Notes: generated by a model from the letters alone, not told the origin. Positions 16,646 to 27,070 are shown, counted from the first letter of the stretch. The stretch is 64,000 nt of DNA from a virus (IMGVR_UViG_3300009037_000004:32001-96000); one strand, 5' to 3'. Program-made: numbers and translations.

Positions 16646-17161
16646 TCACTTGGCGACGTAGGCTACGGCCACGACTGCGACCGTGGTAACAACCACCCCC
16701 ACGACCGCCCCGAAGGTCCAGGAGCGGTACCACGCCCGCTCCTTTGACAGCTCAGTCTGAAGCTGGGTGACCTGCTTCTTGTACGACTCCCGCTGGCTGG
16801 TCCGGAGATCGAGGTCGGCCCGCAAGGACTGGGTGGTGAACTTCACCTCACTCGCCAGCTTCTCCCCGGCCGAGGTCGTCTCCATCCACCGGATGCGCCG
16901 AAGGGCGGTGATGCGAAGGCCGAGCTCCAAGACCCGGTCCTTGTCCAGCAGGATGCCCTCCCAGGGGGCTGGGACACCCAGCTTGAGGGCTACTGAGTCC
17001 TTGGGGTTCAGCCTGGGTACCAGGGCATCCTCCCCAGGCCCCGGACAGGCGTAGGAGGGCTCCTTCTTGGGGTCGGAGTAGTCTTGGGCCAGGCACTGGG
17101 GATTCTGCGCTCTGAGAGGCGCTGGGAGCGCCAGGAGGGCAACTACGAGCAACCACCTCAT
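16646..17161 (-). CDS. Exported coiled-coil protein with a C-terminal TM segment (spanin-like lysis candidate)
   Basis: Signal peptide MRWLLVVALLALPAPLRA; coiled coil; hydrophobic C-terminus FGAVVGVVVTTVAVVAVAYV. Confidence 0.55.
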   Translation of the reverse strand: MRWLLVVALLALPAPLRAQNPQCLAQDYSDPKKEPSYACPGPGEDALVPRLNPKDSVALKLGVPAPWEGILLDKDRVLELGLRITALRRIRWMETTSAGEKLASEVKFTTQSLRADLDLRTSQRESYKKQVTQLQTELSKERAWYRSWTFGAVVGVVVTTVAVVAVAYVAK

Positions 17162-17904
17162 CGGTTCCTCCCCGCCGGGTAGCGACCGGGTAACGACCGG
17201 ATAGCCTCCGACGTCTTATCAAGGAGTTGCAGCTCGTCCAGAAAGGACCGGTAGGAGACCTGGGAGAGCTTCTTGATGGGGCCCCGCTCCTGAGCCAGGG
17301 TCTTCAGCCTCTGGTCGGGCGGCTGGGGGAAGGGAGCAGGAGGGTCAGTTCCCCGCTGGGCGTCGTCCAGGTTCTCCTCCTGGTCCAGCCCGGCCGACCT
17401 CTTGAGCTTGCCCGGCATCTGCCAGGAGACATGAACTCCCCCCGTCCCGGCATTCGGACCGAGATCTGCGTACTCGAATTCCCCCTGAGCTGTCTTCTCA
17501 CGAGGCACGACGTGACCTGTCTTGTGGATCGCACGTAGATTCGGCATGATCCGTGTTCCATCTCCGCCAAAAGCGGAATCATCGAAGTCGCTGACCTTGT
17601 CCTTGCTGACCTTCGGCTCACCCTGCTTCCAAGGGCTGTCGCCTACCGCGTCCCAGTCTTCTGGTCCAGCCGAGTTAGGGAAGTCGGCTCCCTTGATCTT
17701 CCCCGGTCCCTTCTGAAGGATGCGATCCCAATCCTGCATGGAGACGCCTGGGGGTGGACCTGGCTCCGCTTTCTTGATCTTCCCCTTCTTCGGGGCGTGC
17801 TCTGGGAGCGCCTCTTCCGAAGGAGTCTCTCTCTCCCACCTCTTCGCGAGCTCAGGTTTCTGGGAGCGCATCCAGGCTCTCTGGGCCTTTGACTTGAACG
17901 GCAT
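17158..17904 (-). CDS. Phage hypothetical protein (MPFKSKAQR N-terminal motif; degenerate FLDEL tag)
   Basis: MPFKSKAQRAWM...ELAKRWERETP...LPE; SFLDELQLLDKTS near the C-terminus. Confidence 0.7.
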   Translation of the reverse strand: MPFKSKAQRAWMRSQKPELAKRWERETPSEEALPEHAPKKGKIKKAEPGPPPGVSMQDWDRILQKGPGKIKGADFPNSAGPEDWDAVGDSPWKQGEPKVSKDKVSDFDDSAFGGDGTRIMPNLRAIHKTGHVVPREKTAQGEFEYADLGPNAGTGGVHVSWQMPGKLKRSAGLDQEENLDDAQRGTDPPAPFPQPPDQRLKTLAQERGPIKKLSQVSYRSFLDELQLLDKTSEAIRSLPGRYPAGRNR

Positions 17905-17905
17905 G

Positions 17906-18115
17906 CTACTCGTCCTTCCAGATGATCTTCGTCTGCCCGTTGTGGCAGTGCACCTTCTCCAGATGATCCATGCTGCTGTAGAAGACCACGCTAGGAGTGG
18001 AGGAGGTCCAACGAAGAGCTACCGTCCCGTCAGTGAAGACACAGCCCTCGGCTACGATCCCCACACCTGAGACTCCTGAAACATCCGAGAGGCGGTGCAG
18101 GTGGAAGCGTCGCAT
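17906..18115 (-). CDS. Conserved small phage protein
   Basis: F.L.R..DVSGVSG.G.VAEG..F.DG.VALRW...H.H.G.T.I.W pattern. Confidence 0.75.
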   Translation of the reverse strand: MRRFHLHRLSDVSGVSGVGIVAEGCVFTDGTVALRWTSSTPSVVFYSSMDHLEKVHCHNGQTKIIWKDE

Positions 18116-18146
18116 CAGGCACGGTCAGAGATCGCCATCGGATCGG

Positions 18147-18473
18147 TCAGAGTGAATCGATCCATTTCGCCACCTCATCAAGAGGCTTGTCCTTGAGTCC
18201 GTTGAACTGATCCACCTGGTCCTTGGAGGCTTTCTGGAGTCTCTCCCCAGCCTTCTTCACCAGATCGTCCAGCCGGGCCTTGAACTGAGCCATGGCCTCG
18301 TCCTTCGCCTTCATGGCACCGTCCGCGGCCGCATCGGTCGTCCCGCTGGGTAGGAAGGGCTTCTTGCCACCGAAGAAGAGCCACACCAGGATGAGAGAGA
18401 CGATCCAGAGTGGGGCGATCAACCACTTCCAGTTCTTCTTCAGCCACTCCCAAATCTTCTTCAGCGTGCTCAT
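18147..18473 (-). CDS. Membrane-anchored coiled-coil protein (i-spanin-like candidate)
   Basis: MSTLKKIWEWLKKNWKW, one TM segment, helical C-terminus. Confidence 0.55.
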   Translation of the reverse strand: MSTLKKIWEWLKKNWKWLIAPLWIVSLILVWLFFGGKKPFLPSGTTDAAADGAMKAKDEAMAQFKARLDDLVKKAGERLQKASKDQVDQFNGLKDKPLDEVAKWIDSL

Positions 18474-18811
18474 CCGTGACCGCCTAGATGGTTTCGGCCA
18501 ACCCACTTTCCCACGATGGGAGCCGCCAGGAGCCCTAGACCGCCTGCCTCGATGGGATCGTGCCACTTCTCTTTGATGAGACGCTTGCTCTCAATCCCTT
18601 CCTCAGTCGGCTTCCCATGGGGGTCTACTAGACCAGCTCGGCGAGCCCTCCATTTCGCGACCATATTGTCCACGCTCGGGGCAGCGAGGATACCCAGACC
18701 GCCCACCTCGATGGGGTCCTCCATCTTGTGAAGGAAGGCTCCAGCCGCGCCGAGTACACCCGAGATCTTCTCGAGCTCGTCAAACAAGCCGGAGAGAACA
18801 TGCTCATCCAT
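18470..18811 (-). CDS. DELEKI-tag small protein with a duplicated DPIE.GGLG.LAAP segment
   Basis: AAGGAG RBS; MDEHVLSGLFDELEKIS; internal repeat present twice. Confidence 0.7.
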   Translation of the reverse strand: MDEHVLSGLFDELEKISGVLGAAGAFLHKMEDPIEVGGLGILAAPSVDNMVAKWRARRAGLVDPHGKPTEEGIESKRLIKEKWHDPIEAGGLGLLAAPIVGKWVGRNHLGGHG

Positions 18812-18828
18812 GGGGAGCTCCTTCCGAA

Positions 18829-19236
18829 CTAGGCTGACGGAGGGGTTGTGTCTGTAGGAGGTGACGTCGGAGAAGCTACGAACGCATCCCCACTGAAGGT
18901 TACCCCAAATCCCTTCTCCAGAACTTTCTTCGCGAGCTGGTAGCTGAAGCCAGAGATCCATCCTGTCCATAGCCCGAACATGATCTTGACCGCGATTGTC
19001 TTGGGTAGTACCTCCGGCATGGGTAGCCCAGGAGTAAAGACCGCAAGCATCGCCAGGGCGTAGGGGTAGATAGGGAGAAGCATCTGGAACCAGCGATTCA
19101 GGGCGAACCCACCGATCACCTTCCCAGCCTTGTCCTTCTTCGTGCCCAACGCACGGATGACTCCCAAGAGAGCGAAGGAGGCGAAGGCCACCAGGAGGGC
19201 CTGCCAATTCACGAGTGCCGCCATGATCTTGTCCAT
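18829..19236 (-). CDS. Holin-like membrane protein (about 3 TM segments)
   Basis: Three hydrophobic segments; follows the tailspike and precedes the spanin-like genes. Confidence 0.55.
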   Translation of the reverse strand: MDKIMAALVNWQALLVAFASFALLGVIRALGTKKDKAGKVIGGFALNRWFQMLLPIYPYALAMLAVFTPGLPMPEVLPKTIAVKIMFGLWTGWISGFSYQLAKKVLEKGFGVTFSGDAFVASPTSPPTDTTPPSA

Positions 19237-19245
19237 CAGCTTCTC

Positions 19246-22200
19246 CTATACACTCCGGTTGAGATCGTCGATCGGTGCGAGTGCGGTGGTGTTGTAATTC
19301 GTAGACACCGGCATGACACCAACGCCGTGGATGAAGGCGCCCGTAGATAGAACGACGTTTCCCACCGCCATGGAATAGTTGGCGCCGGCGTTGCTGAGCG
19401 TGATCTGAAGACCTGTCGGATCTCCCGCCAGGAATCCGGCGAGATTCCCCACCGCCACGCAGTTGTTCCCATCCATTCGGATAGCGCCGTAAGTTGCAGC
19501 ACCGCCCAGGTAGAAACCCGTCACGAGGTTGCCGGAGGCCATAACTTTCGAAATAGAACCCGCATAGATGCCCCAAGCAACATCCTGCGAGCCACTACCC
19601 GTCCAGTAGATCTGGTTTCCTAGAATCTGGGTGTACTCACCGCTGGCTCCCACGAAGATTCCATAGGCGCATGATCCCATCGTGGAGGAGACATCATTGT
19701 AGATCTTGTTCCCCTGGATCAAGCAGGCGGCATGGGCAGCGATGAAGTAGTTGTTGATGCCGCTGGATGCGAATTCGTAGTTGTAGCACTCCTTGAGCAC
19801 GTTATTAACGATCGACGCGCGTGCGTTTGCTCGGATGTGGTAGTAATGCTGGACCTCGAGATCCCCACACGCATCCAGGATGTTCCCATCGACCACCGAA
19901 TCATCTGCACCCGTGTTCACAAGGATAGAGTAGTGTGCTGCCGCGCCCGCTATCCTGCCGTTCACGTGAAGAGCGTTGTGATGGGCAACAGAACCTGTAC
20001 CTGACATGCTGATCCCAGCATTTGTCCCAGAAAGCTTGTTCCGGCCAACAATCGTACGCTCGCCGCTGACGTAGATTTCCCAGCCATAAGCCGAGGCGTC
20101 GTCCGTGCAGGTGTTGCCGTCGATCAAGAGATCGGCGGCAGAGGCCGTCCCCATCACGCCGTAGGTCGTGTAGTTGGTGATCGTGTTGCCGGTGACTTTA
20201 CAGTCAGCAGCGTCAATCTCCACGCCTATCCCGAAGTTCGTCCCGCCAGTCGCCCCATCGATGTAGTTATCCTTCACGTGCGAGTAGGCGGAGAGAACCT
20301 CGACTACGATGCCGGTCGCATCCGAACCACCGTCCGAGTAAAGGTGGTTGCCCTGAATGAGAGCTGCCCCAGCCGCCGCAGTCACCAAGACCGCGCGGGA
20401 ACTCGTGCCGGTGTGACCAGTGACGTTGTTCTCTCGAATCTTGGTGATCGAATCATCCGCCACCCAGATCCCGTAGAGGCCGGAGTTATTCAGGATCGAG
20501 TTCTTCTCGATCAAAGCGTACCGAGCACGCTTGACGAAGATGCCTGTTCCCGTGGCAACCAGGACGCCATCGACCGTGTTGCCGGAGATCTTAAATGAAC
20601 TACCGTCCAGCGTATTGGTGGGATCGTTGTCCACCCACACTCCGATACGGACAGTCTCGGCGTAGTTGTCCTGGAAGGCGACCATAGCCGTCTTCGGTAT
20701 CGCCACGGTCGCCTGGATGCTACAGCCCACCCCATACTGCATGTCCTTGATCTTGTTGTCTTTGACCGTAGCCGAACAGACCACCTCGATCGTATTCGTC
20801 TGGACCAGAACGCCAGATCCATCTAGGAGGCTGTTTCCCGTTCCCGTGATGTCGTTCCCGATAGCCCTACCACGATGGCCGATCCTGATGCCGCTCTTGT
20901 AGAGATTGCCCGAAGACGAAACCGTGCACTTCTCCACCAGATTCCCGTCCCCAGCAACGTCGAACGCGAATGCCGTGGAAGCAGAAGGGTAGTTGTTCTT
21001 CGCCACGCACAGGCGGAAGACGGAATCCATGAGGAAATTGTACGCAGGGAGGGTCACAAGACCCGACGCACACACAAACCTCGTGGAGACCTCAGCGTAG
21101 CACTGATCCACAACCACGCGGTAGTTGTTGGTCGTGTCCCAGAAGAACATGTTGGCGAAACTGTTGGCGGAGACGTGTGACCAGACCTGGCACCCCCGAA
21201 TCACGCTGTACGTGCCGAGGTTGTAGAACAGTGCCTTGTCCACGTCTTGCGTGGCCGCGCCATTGTCCCACTTGAAATTGATGTTGTAGACCTCCACCTT
21301 CGGGGTGGTCGTAGTCCCGTCAAAGGTATTGATGCTCGACCCATGGGACACGAGAACCGTGGGTTGTCCTTCCCCGATCAACACCAAACCGTGCGGAAGA
21401 ACCAGACTACCCGTGACCGAAGTCTGTCCTCGCACGCGGATGACAGCGGGACGATGCGCCCCAACTGTCGTCAGACGAAGGGCTGATACGAGATCAAACG
21501 CCGTGGCCAGATCGGCGAAATCGCATCCTGGGAGGAGATCACCATTCGTGTCCGCCCCCACCGCGATCTCGAGCGCATCCGCACGCTTGTTCATCACCCA
21601 GCGAGCATCGTACTTGATCGTGAAGACGCCGCCAGCGTGGCTGTAGACGGCCAAGATCGCATCGGTGGGGACAACGTCAGCGATCTGACGTTGCTGTGTC
21701 GCTCCCGCTACATCCACGACCAGCACCCTCGTCCCAGCTCCGGTTGGGGCCGTGACATTTCCTGAAGGCAGATTCCGACGATCCCCGTTGTGCATCAAGA
21801 CAGACGTTGGCCAAGCCACCGCCGCAGTGCCATCTGTGAAGGTGATCGGGGTGCCCACATCGAGGAAGCGGTTGCCCCCGATACCCACCAGGGATGCCCG
21901 ATGGCTGTTGAGCGACCCAACCAGGCTGGGCCAGATACCCTCTACGCCAGTGATCCCAGTCTCACTCAGAGAAACCGGTGAGCTAAGGAACTGGTCTTTG
22001 AGGGTCAGTGTCGTATCACCTTGGAGCTGGAGCTCTTGCTGAGAACGAACCAGCAGATCGGCTGCGGCTTCTCCCCGAGCCTCGTTGAGGTTGAGCAGCT
22101 TGTGCCCATCCCAGTCCGCATCCCCCGTCATCTTCTTGGAGCCGTCCTGTAGGAAAGCCCCCGCCTCTACTTCTCCAGCGGCCTGAACTTTGAAGCGGGT

Positions 22201-22794
22201 GAAAGCGTCCGTCGTGAGCCCCTCCAAGCTGCCCCGCTCCCCGTAGAGGATTCTGACGTCCGTGCCGAGGGGGATCGTGTAGGGGTCTGCGACAATCGCG
22301 CCGGTACTTGGGTGGACGGTACAGAAATAGACCCAGGGGTCAGTCACGAAGCCGGTTTTGTAGACGTCCGTGACTTCGGTCGTCTCTCGAACGCGCCGGA
22401 TACGGACCTCATTGTCCGAGCCATCCGTGAGCTCGTTGTACTGATCATCCAAGACCGAGAAGAGCATGAAGAGACCTTCCATATCGGAAGTCCCCGCCAC
22501 GCCCGGGTAGGTCGCATCCCCAGTAAAGACGTCGGCCGTGAAGTGGTACTTCTGCTGGCCAGTGCTGGTGAACGCGACTCCAGCAGGAAGCGACCGATCT
22601 GCGGCCATCTTCTGGTAGAGGTAGTCGATGTTCGCGGAGAGCGCCCAATGCGCCCGATTCGCAATCATCGAGGTCCCCTCTTCCCCGAACCCGATGAACT
22701 TCCCCCCAGTTGAGCCCGGAGTGAAGCCGGTGTCGTAAGAAGCGTTGTTCGCGATCTCACCAGCAGCATTGCCATGAGGGTACGGAAGCGTCAT
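19246..22794 (-). CDS. Tailspike / receptor-binding protein with a right-handed parallel beta-helix
   Basis: 1182 aa; many GI.V......I.GN.I rungs in the C-terminal half; LVLIGEG entry motif. Confidence 0.85.
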   Translation of the reverse strand: MTLPYPHGNAAGEIANNASYDTGFTPGSTGGKFIGFGEEGTSMIANRAHWALSANIDYLYQKMAADRSLPAGVAFTSTGQQKYHFTADVFTGDATYPGVAGTSDMEGLFMLFSVLDDQYNELTDGSDNEVRIRRVRETTEVTDVYKTGFVTDPWVYFCTVHPSTGAIVADPYTIPLGTDVRILYGERGSLEGLTTDAFTRFKVQAAGEVEAGAFLQDGSKKMTGDADWDGHKLLNLNEARGEAAADLLVRSQQELQLQGDTTLTLKDQFLSSPVSLSETGITGVEGIWPSLVGSLNSHRASLVGIGGNRFLDVGTPITFTDGTAAVAWPTSVLMHNGDRRNLPSGNVTAPTGAGTRVLVVDVAGATQQRQIADVVPTDAILAVYSHAGGVFTIKYDARWVMNKRADALEIAVGADTNGDLLPGCDFADLATAFDLVSALRLTTVGAHRPAVIRVRGQTSVTGSLVLPHGLVLIGEGQPTVLVSHGSSINTFDGTTTTPKVEVYNINFKWDNGAATQDVDKALFYNLGTYSVIRGCQVWSHVSANSFANMFFWDTTNNYRVVVDQCYAEVSTRFVCASGLVTLPAYNFLMDSVFRLCVAKNNYPSASTAFAFDVAGDGNLVEKCTVSSSGNLYKSGIRIGHRGRAIGNDITGTGNSLLDGSGVLVQTNTIEVVCSATVKDNKIKDMQYGVGCSIQATVAIPKTAMVAFQDNYAETVRIGVWVDNDPTNTLDGSSFKISGNTVDGVLVATGTGIFVKRARYALIEKNSILNNSGLYGIWVADDSITKIRENNVTGHTGTSSRAVLVTAAAGAALIQGNHLYSDGGSDATGIVVEVLSAYSHVKDNYIDGATGGTNFGIGVEIDAADCKVTGNTITNYTTYGVMGTASAADLLIDGNTCTDDASAYGWEIYVSGERTIVGRNKLSGTNAGISMSGTGSVAHHNALHVNGRIAGAAAHYSILVNTGADDSVVDGNILDACGDLEVQHYYHIRANARASIVNNVLKECYNYEFASSGINNYFIAAHAACLIQGNKIYNDVSSTMGSCAYGIFVGASGEYTQILGNQIYWTGSGSQDVAWGIYAGSISKVMASGNLVTGFYLGGAATYGAIRMDGNNCVAVGNLAGFLAGDPTGLQITLSNAGANYSMAVGNVVLSTGAFIHGVGVMPVSTNYNTTALAPIDDLNRSV

Positions 22795-22804
22795 TTCATC
22801 TCCC

Positions 22805-23506
22805 TCAGAACTGGATTTCCCAGTAGACCTCGAAGGCCACGGAGACCGTCTTCGAGATGGTGTCGAAGGTATTGTAAGCGATGAGCCGTTGACGGGTCGA
22901 GTAGTTGATGTGCGCTGGGTGAGCCCCCACGCTGTAGTCGTAAACCTCCTCCGAGGTCCGGCTCGCTTGCTGATTGCTGAGCATCAGCCCGATCTCGGAC
23001 AGTGGTACGGAAGGATACGATCCCGAGAGATTGATGTCGGTGTAGTTGAACAGACAGGTGTAGGTCACCTTCGTGATCGGCACGCCGCCGAAGGTCGGGG
23101 GCGCCGTGACGCTGTTCATCCAAACACCCGCTGAAGAACCCACTCCGGCTGTCCCCGTCACCTTCACCGGCCGCTCGAGGTATGGCGTCGTCAAAACGGT
23201 GTCATCGAACGTGTTCTGGCCAGGGTAGTGGGCATCGAGGGTTGGATAGGTCCCGGCGATGTCACTGACCAACTGGGAATCCCCTCCGATCCCCAGCGCC
23301 ATGTACCGCACGACTCGAATGGGCGAATCGTTGTAGTGCGCGGCAAAGCTGGAGTCCAGGGGGGAGATCACTTCGGGCAGATACTGCCGGCCGAGGTTGA
23401 CCCAGATGTTATGCCCTTCGCGGCAAAGCCCAGGAACCTTCTTCCCGCGATCGTCTCGAGCGACGATCTTCACGTTGGTTTTGACGTCAATGATGTCCCT
23501 GAACAT
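22805..23506 (-). CDS. Baseplate / tail-fibre attachment protein
   Basis: HNIWVNLG, YMALGIGG, LSEIGL, AYNTF.TISKT...EVYW.I.F pattern; position beside the tailspike. Confidence 0.6.
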   Translation of the reverse strand: MFRDIIDVKTNVKIVARDDRGKKVPGLCREGHNIWVNLGRQYLPEVISPLDSSFAAHYNDSPIRVVRYMALGIGGDSQLVSDIAGTYPTLDAHYPGQNTFDDTVLTTPYLERPVKVTGTAGVGSSAGVWMNSVTAPPTFGGVPITKVTYTCLFNYTDINLSGSYPSVPLSEIGLMLSNQQASRTSEEVYDYSVGAHPAHINYSTRQRLIAYNTFDTISKTVSVAFEVYWEIQF

Positions 23507-23512
23507 GGTTCC

Positions 23513-26500
23513 TCACTTCATCCAGCGTTCACGATGATAAGTCCCGGCGGTCACAGCCGCATCGTGAGTGATGACACCAACCAGCGGCCCGTAGGGCGCC
23601 GGAGATAGGCTGTCGGGTCCACTGAGAGGAACCTTGTCCTCTGAGACCAGATCTCCGTCCGTGTCCCCATCATCATAGGACCAGATCGTATCAAAGAACC
23701 ACCCCGCTCCGCCAGGGTGGATGTAGGAAATGGCCACCCACAGAAGGTCGTCCGGGCAGAGTCGGTGAGTGTCGTGAATCCAAGCCGGGGGAGGGGTAAC
23801 TGGATCGTACTGATGCGTCCAGTTACCGCTTTCATCTGTGTCGTCCCAGCGGTAGGAGCCAGATTCAATCCGAGAGCAGAAGGTATCGGAGAGCGCCAGC
23901 TTCACCTTCATCGTAATCGTGTCTGCCACGTCCACCTCGGTGGTAGGCAGCTTCTTCAGCATCACGAAGAGAGGCCAGGTATAGGCCGGCTTGATCTTCT
24001 TCACGAAGTCCTGCGCGAAGATGAGGTTGGTCAGGTTGAACGTGTCCACATCCGCCCGGATGAGAAAGCGAAAGTACTTGTCGAGCTCCAACATCTGATG
24101 TTGAGCAACGTAGGACTGAAGCCAAGCGGGATCTGAGACCCAGTCTTCTACCTCGACACCCCCACTGAGCGGCGCGAACATAGCCACGGTGTCCCCCTCA
24201 ACATAGGGAAGTCCGGTGGCATCATTGGTCGCCAAGCCAGCGGCCAGTGGGTAATAGTAGGTGCGAACGATGTTGGTCTGGTAAGTGTCCTGGATGATGA
24301 TCCTACCCTCGGTCGCACTGAAGTTCGGCTCAACCGAGGTGATCATGCCATCAGCCTCTGAGAAAGGAAGACCGAGTAAGATCTGCGCTCCGACCTTGAC
24401 CTTGTACAAGGACGGGCCGCCAAAGTAGGCCCACCACAAACCCCGGACGGCGGAGAGGTAGTCCAGGTCGTCAGTCCGAGTCTCCAAACCCTCGATTGTG
24501 AAGTTCACCATCCGCCCGAAATTGGCCTCGATCGTTGGGCGGTTGTCCAGGTACGTGATCTCAGCCCACAGAATATCTGGTGGAGGATCGAGGTAGGTGA
24601 ACGTGCCGGATGAGAGGGAGATGGCGTTCTGATCTCCCACCTTCTCAATCACGTAGTCCACGTTCTGAGCCAACGTACTCGGAGGATCTTTGATGGTTTG
24701 CTGGAGTCTGGGAATCTCCAACACAAGATCATCCACCGGGATGTACTTGACGTGTTTGGTTCCCAGGAAACGCGTCTCGTAGAGGTTGGGTGAGCCGGCG
24801 TAGCTTTCCAGCAGCGGAGCCGGATCGAAACCCAAGCCATAGCCATTCACGGCCACGACCTCACAAGCTACTTCTCGCGTGGTCCTGGTTGTCCTGAGCT
24901 TCACCTCGAACCGAGCGATGTCCCCAGGCATCACCAGCCTAGACTCGAAGTCGATCTCCTCCGAGACCACGATCGAGGGAATGATCCATGGACCAGGTGG
25001 AGTGATGGGGTCTGTCGGATCTGGGAGATCGCTCTCGAGTGTCAGCCCCCGCATCTCCGTGTAGGGAGATGCCGACTCTGCCGCGGTCTTCACAATGACG
25101 TAACCCTGACCGTACGTCACCAGGAGGTCGCCAGCGACCACGCCTTGCTCATCGAAATCGAGGACCGGGGGATCTGTCGCCTCGAAGGAAGTCAGCCGGG
25201 TCGGAGAGAGCGCGGAACCAAGAGAGCCTCGCAGGTCGTTCTGGGTGTACTCGGTGGCCGAGAACCCCAGAGTCGAGTTCGCTGTCCCTCCCGGCCGGAT
25301 TCGAAGGAGCAGAGCGTAGTCCAGCGTGAGGTATTGGGATGCGCCCTTGGTTACCGCTGCTGCCAGCTTGGTAGCCGCCGTTCCAAACCCCATCTGCTCA
25401 TTGATTTGGTCCACGATGTCCGAAAGTGAGATGGGATTCGCGCCGCTGAAGGTGACAATCTGGACGGCTGAGGCATCGAGGACAAGTTGGAGGGTAAGCC
25501 CATCCACGTTTGCCCCAGCCGCCAGATCTGAACTGAAGATCGGCCCTCGGATGATGCGGACCGAGGCCGTGGTCGGGTCGTCAATGTCGCGGGTATCATA
25601 GCCCAGCCAGCGGCGTTGGAAGACTCGCTGGATATCGATGAGGCTCTTGTTGTAGTCAATCTGCCAGGCTGTTAAAAGTTGCGCGGCTGCGGCCTGGGCG
25701 AAGCCTGACCAGAAAGTCTCGATGATCTCCCGATCCTCCAGCAGGTTCCAGAAGTCCCCAAGCAGGTTCCAGATCCAACTCAGGTCCGGGATGCACCCCA
25801 GTGCCACGGAAGTCTGGCTGACATTCAGCAACACCGTGGTGGGGAGGCTGTCGAGCGATCCATCGTTCACCACGAGCTGGACGTAGTAGAGCCCACTGAT
25901 GTCCGGGATGGCCGAGGTCGTGGGCTGAGTACGATCGTTGAAGAAGGTGGCGCTATGGAAGACGTCCCAGGCCACCCCGCTCAGATCGTCCGGTAGAGTA
26001 TCAGTCGTGATGACGATCTCATCATCATCCCACGTGAGCGTGTCTCGCTCATACTTCCCAGTCGAGGTATTGAGCGTCCAGCGATCGGTGCTGACCTCAT
26101 AGACCGTACCCTCTACGAGAAGCGCATCACCCGGCTGGAGAAGCGGGGCATTGTCTTCACTGAACACGTCAGTCCCGCCGTTGAAGATATCGGTGAACCC
26201 ATCCACATCTCCATCATCCGAAGTCGAACCATCCGTCCCGGAGATTCGGTATCTGGAGACCTCGGGGGCATCCACAAGGGACCACTTGTAGGTCAGGGGT
26301 GCCCGTTCCGGGTCGTAGCTGGCCATGCCATCGTAGGTCACCGCCGAGCCCACGTTCGCAGTCTGGTCATTCCCAGCATCCGCGATCGGCCGGCGGTTGG
26401 GGACCAAGGCCTGATTGCAGCAAGCGCGGAATGAGCTGAACTTTCCAACGACGGCCCGGGTAGACTGCCCAATGATCTCGACCCGGATGGAATCGGGAAC

Positions 26501-27070
26501 GCCACTGGGAGTCGATGGGGCCGCGGTCGTGTACCGAAGTTGATGCCCCGTCAGCGGGAGATCTGAAGTCTTGGTGAGGTAGAGGTACATCGTGTCCGAC
26601 GTGCCCTCTACCACCAGCCTGAGCGTGTAGTAGGTTTCTCCCTCCGTCAGGAGATCCTGGCTGCCCGGCAGGACTAGCGCGCTGGTTCCGAAAGAGGCGA
26701 GGAGCGCGATGCCACTCTTCGAGAGGAGGATACCGCCAGCATTGTCCTGCTGGTCGTAGGTTCCGATGAAAAACCGGTAGAGATCGAGCTTAGAAAGGTC
26801 TTCGGGCAGGGCGCTGGGTTTGAACGTCGTCTCAAACGTGTGATCTGGCTGGAGGGACAGATCAAACTCAAGACTGCTGGAGGCCCCATCATCGCTGGTG
26901 ATGACTAGATCGTCGTAGCTATCGATTGAGAACCAGGGGGAACCACGGGATGCTGTGACCTCGGGGAAAGTGAGGATCAGCGGCATGCTGGCCTCACCCA
27001 CATCCATGCAAGTGAATTCGTCCCCAGTCGGGAGGATGAGAGTGGTGGAAAAGCTGTAGGTGACTGACAT
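23513..27070 (-). CDS. Large baseplate wedge-like protein with a PKD/Ig-like domain
   Basis: PIADAGNDQT...YDG.ASYDPE..PLTYKWS; YVQLVVNDG; KKIKPAYT (KPAH-like wedge motif). Confidence 0.7.
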   Translation of the reverse strand: MSVTYSFSTTLILPTGDEFTCMDVGEASMPLILTFPEVTASRGSPWFSIDSYDDLVITSDDGASSSLEFDLSLQPDHTFETTFKPSALPEDLSKLDLYRFFIGTYDQQDNAGGILLSKSGIALLASFGTSALVLPGSQDLLTEGETYYTLRLVVEGTSDTMYLYLTKTSDLPLTGHQLRYTTAAPSTPSGVPDSIRVEIIGQSTRAVVGKFSSFRACCNQALVPNRRPIADAGNDQTANVGSAVTYDGMASYDPERAPLTYKWSLVDAPEVSRYRISGTDGSTSDDGDVDGFTDIFNGGTDVFSEDNAPLLQPGDALLVEGTVYEVSTDRWTLNTSTGKYERDTLTWDDDEIVITTDTLPDDLSGVAWDVFHSATFFNDRTQPTTSAIPDISGLYYVQLVVNDGSLDSLPTTVLLNVSQTSVALGCIPDLSWIWNLLGDFWNLLEDREIIETFWSGFAQAAAAQLLTAWQIDYNKSLIDIQRVFQRRWLGYDTRDIDDPTTASVRIIRGPIFSSDLAAGANVDGLTLQLVLDASAVQIVTFSGANPISLSDIVDQINEQMGFGTAATKLAAAVTKGASQYLTLDYALLLRIRPGGTANSTLGFSATEYTQNDLRGSLGSALSPTRLTSFEATDPPVLDFDEQGVVAGDLLVTYGQGYVIVKTAAESASPYTEMRGLTLESDLPDPTDPITPPGPWIIPSIVVSEEIDFESRLVMPGDIARFEVKLRTTRTTREVACEVVAVNGYGLGFDPAPLLESYAGSPNLYETRFLGTKHVKYIPVDDLVLEIPRLQQTIKDPPSTLAQNVDYVIEKVGDQNAISLSSGTFTYLDPPPDILWAEITYLDNRPTIEANFGRMVNFTIEGLETRTDDLDYLSAVRGLWWAYFGGPSLYKVKVGAQILLGLPFSEADGMITSVEPNFSATEGRIIIQDTYQTNIVRTYYYPLAAGLATNDATGLPYVEGDTVAMFAPLSGGVEVEDWVSDPAWLQSYVAQHQMLELDKYFRFLIRADVDTFNLTNLIFAQDFVKKIKPAYTWPLFVMLKKLPTTEVDVADTITMKVKLALSDTFCSRIESGSYRWDDTDESGNWTHQYDPVTPPPAWIHDTHRLCPDDLLWVAISYIHPGGAGWFFDTIWSYDDGDTDGDLVSEDKVPLSGPDSLSPAPYGPLVGVITHDAAVTAGTYHRERWMK

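Noticed and set aside
18812-19576. N-terminal extension of the 368-aa ORF 18470..19576
   Set aside because: It overlaps the holin-like and tailspike genes; the real start is most likely the ATG at 18811 with an AAGGAG RBS.
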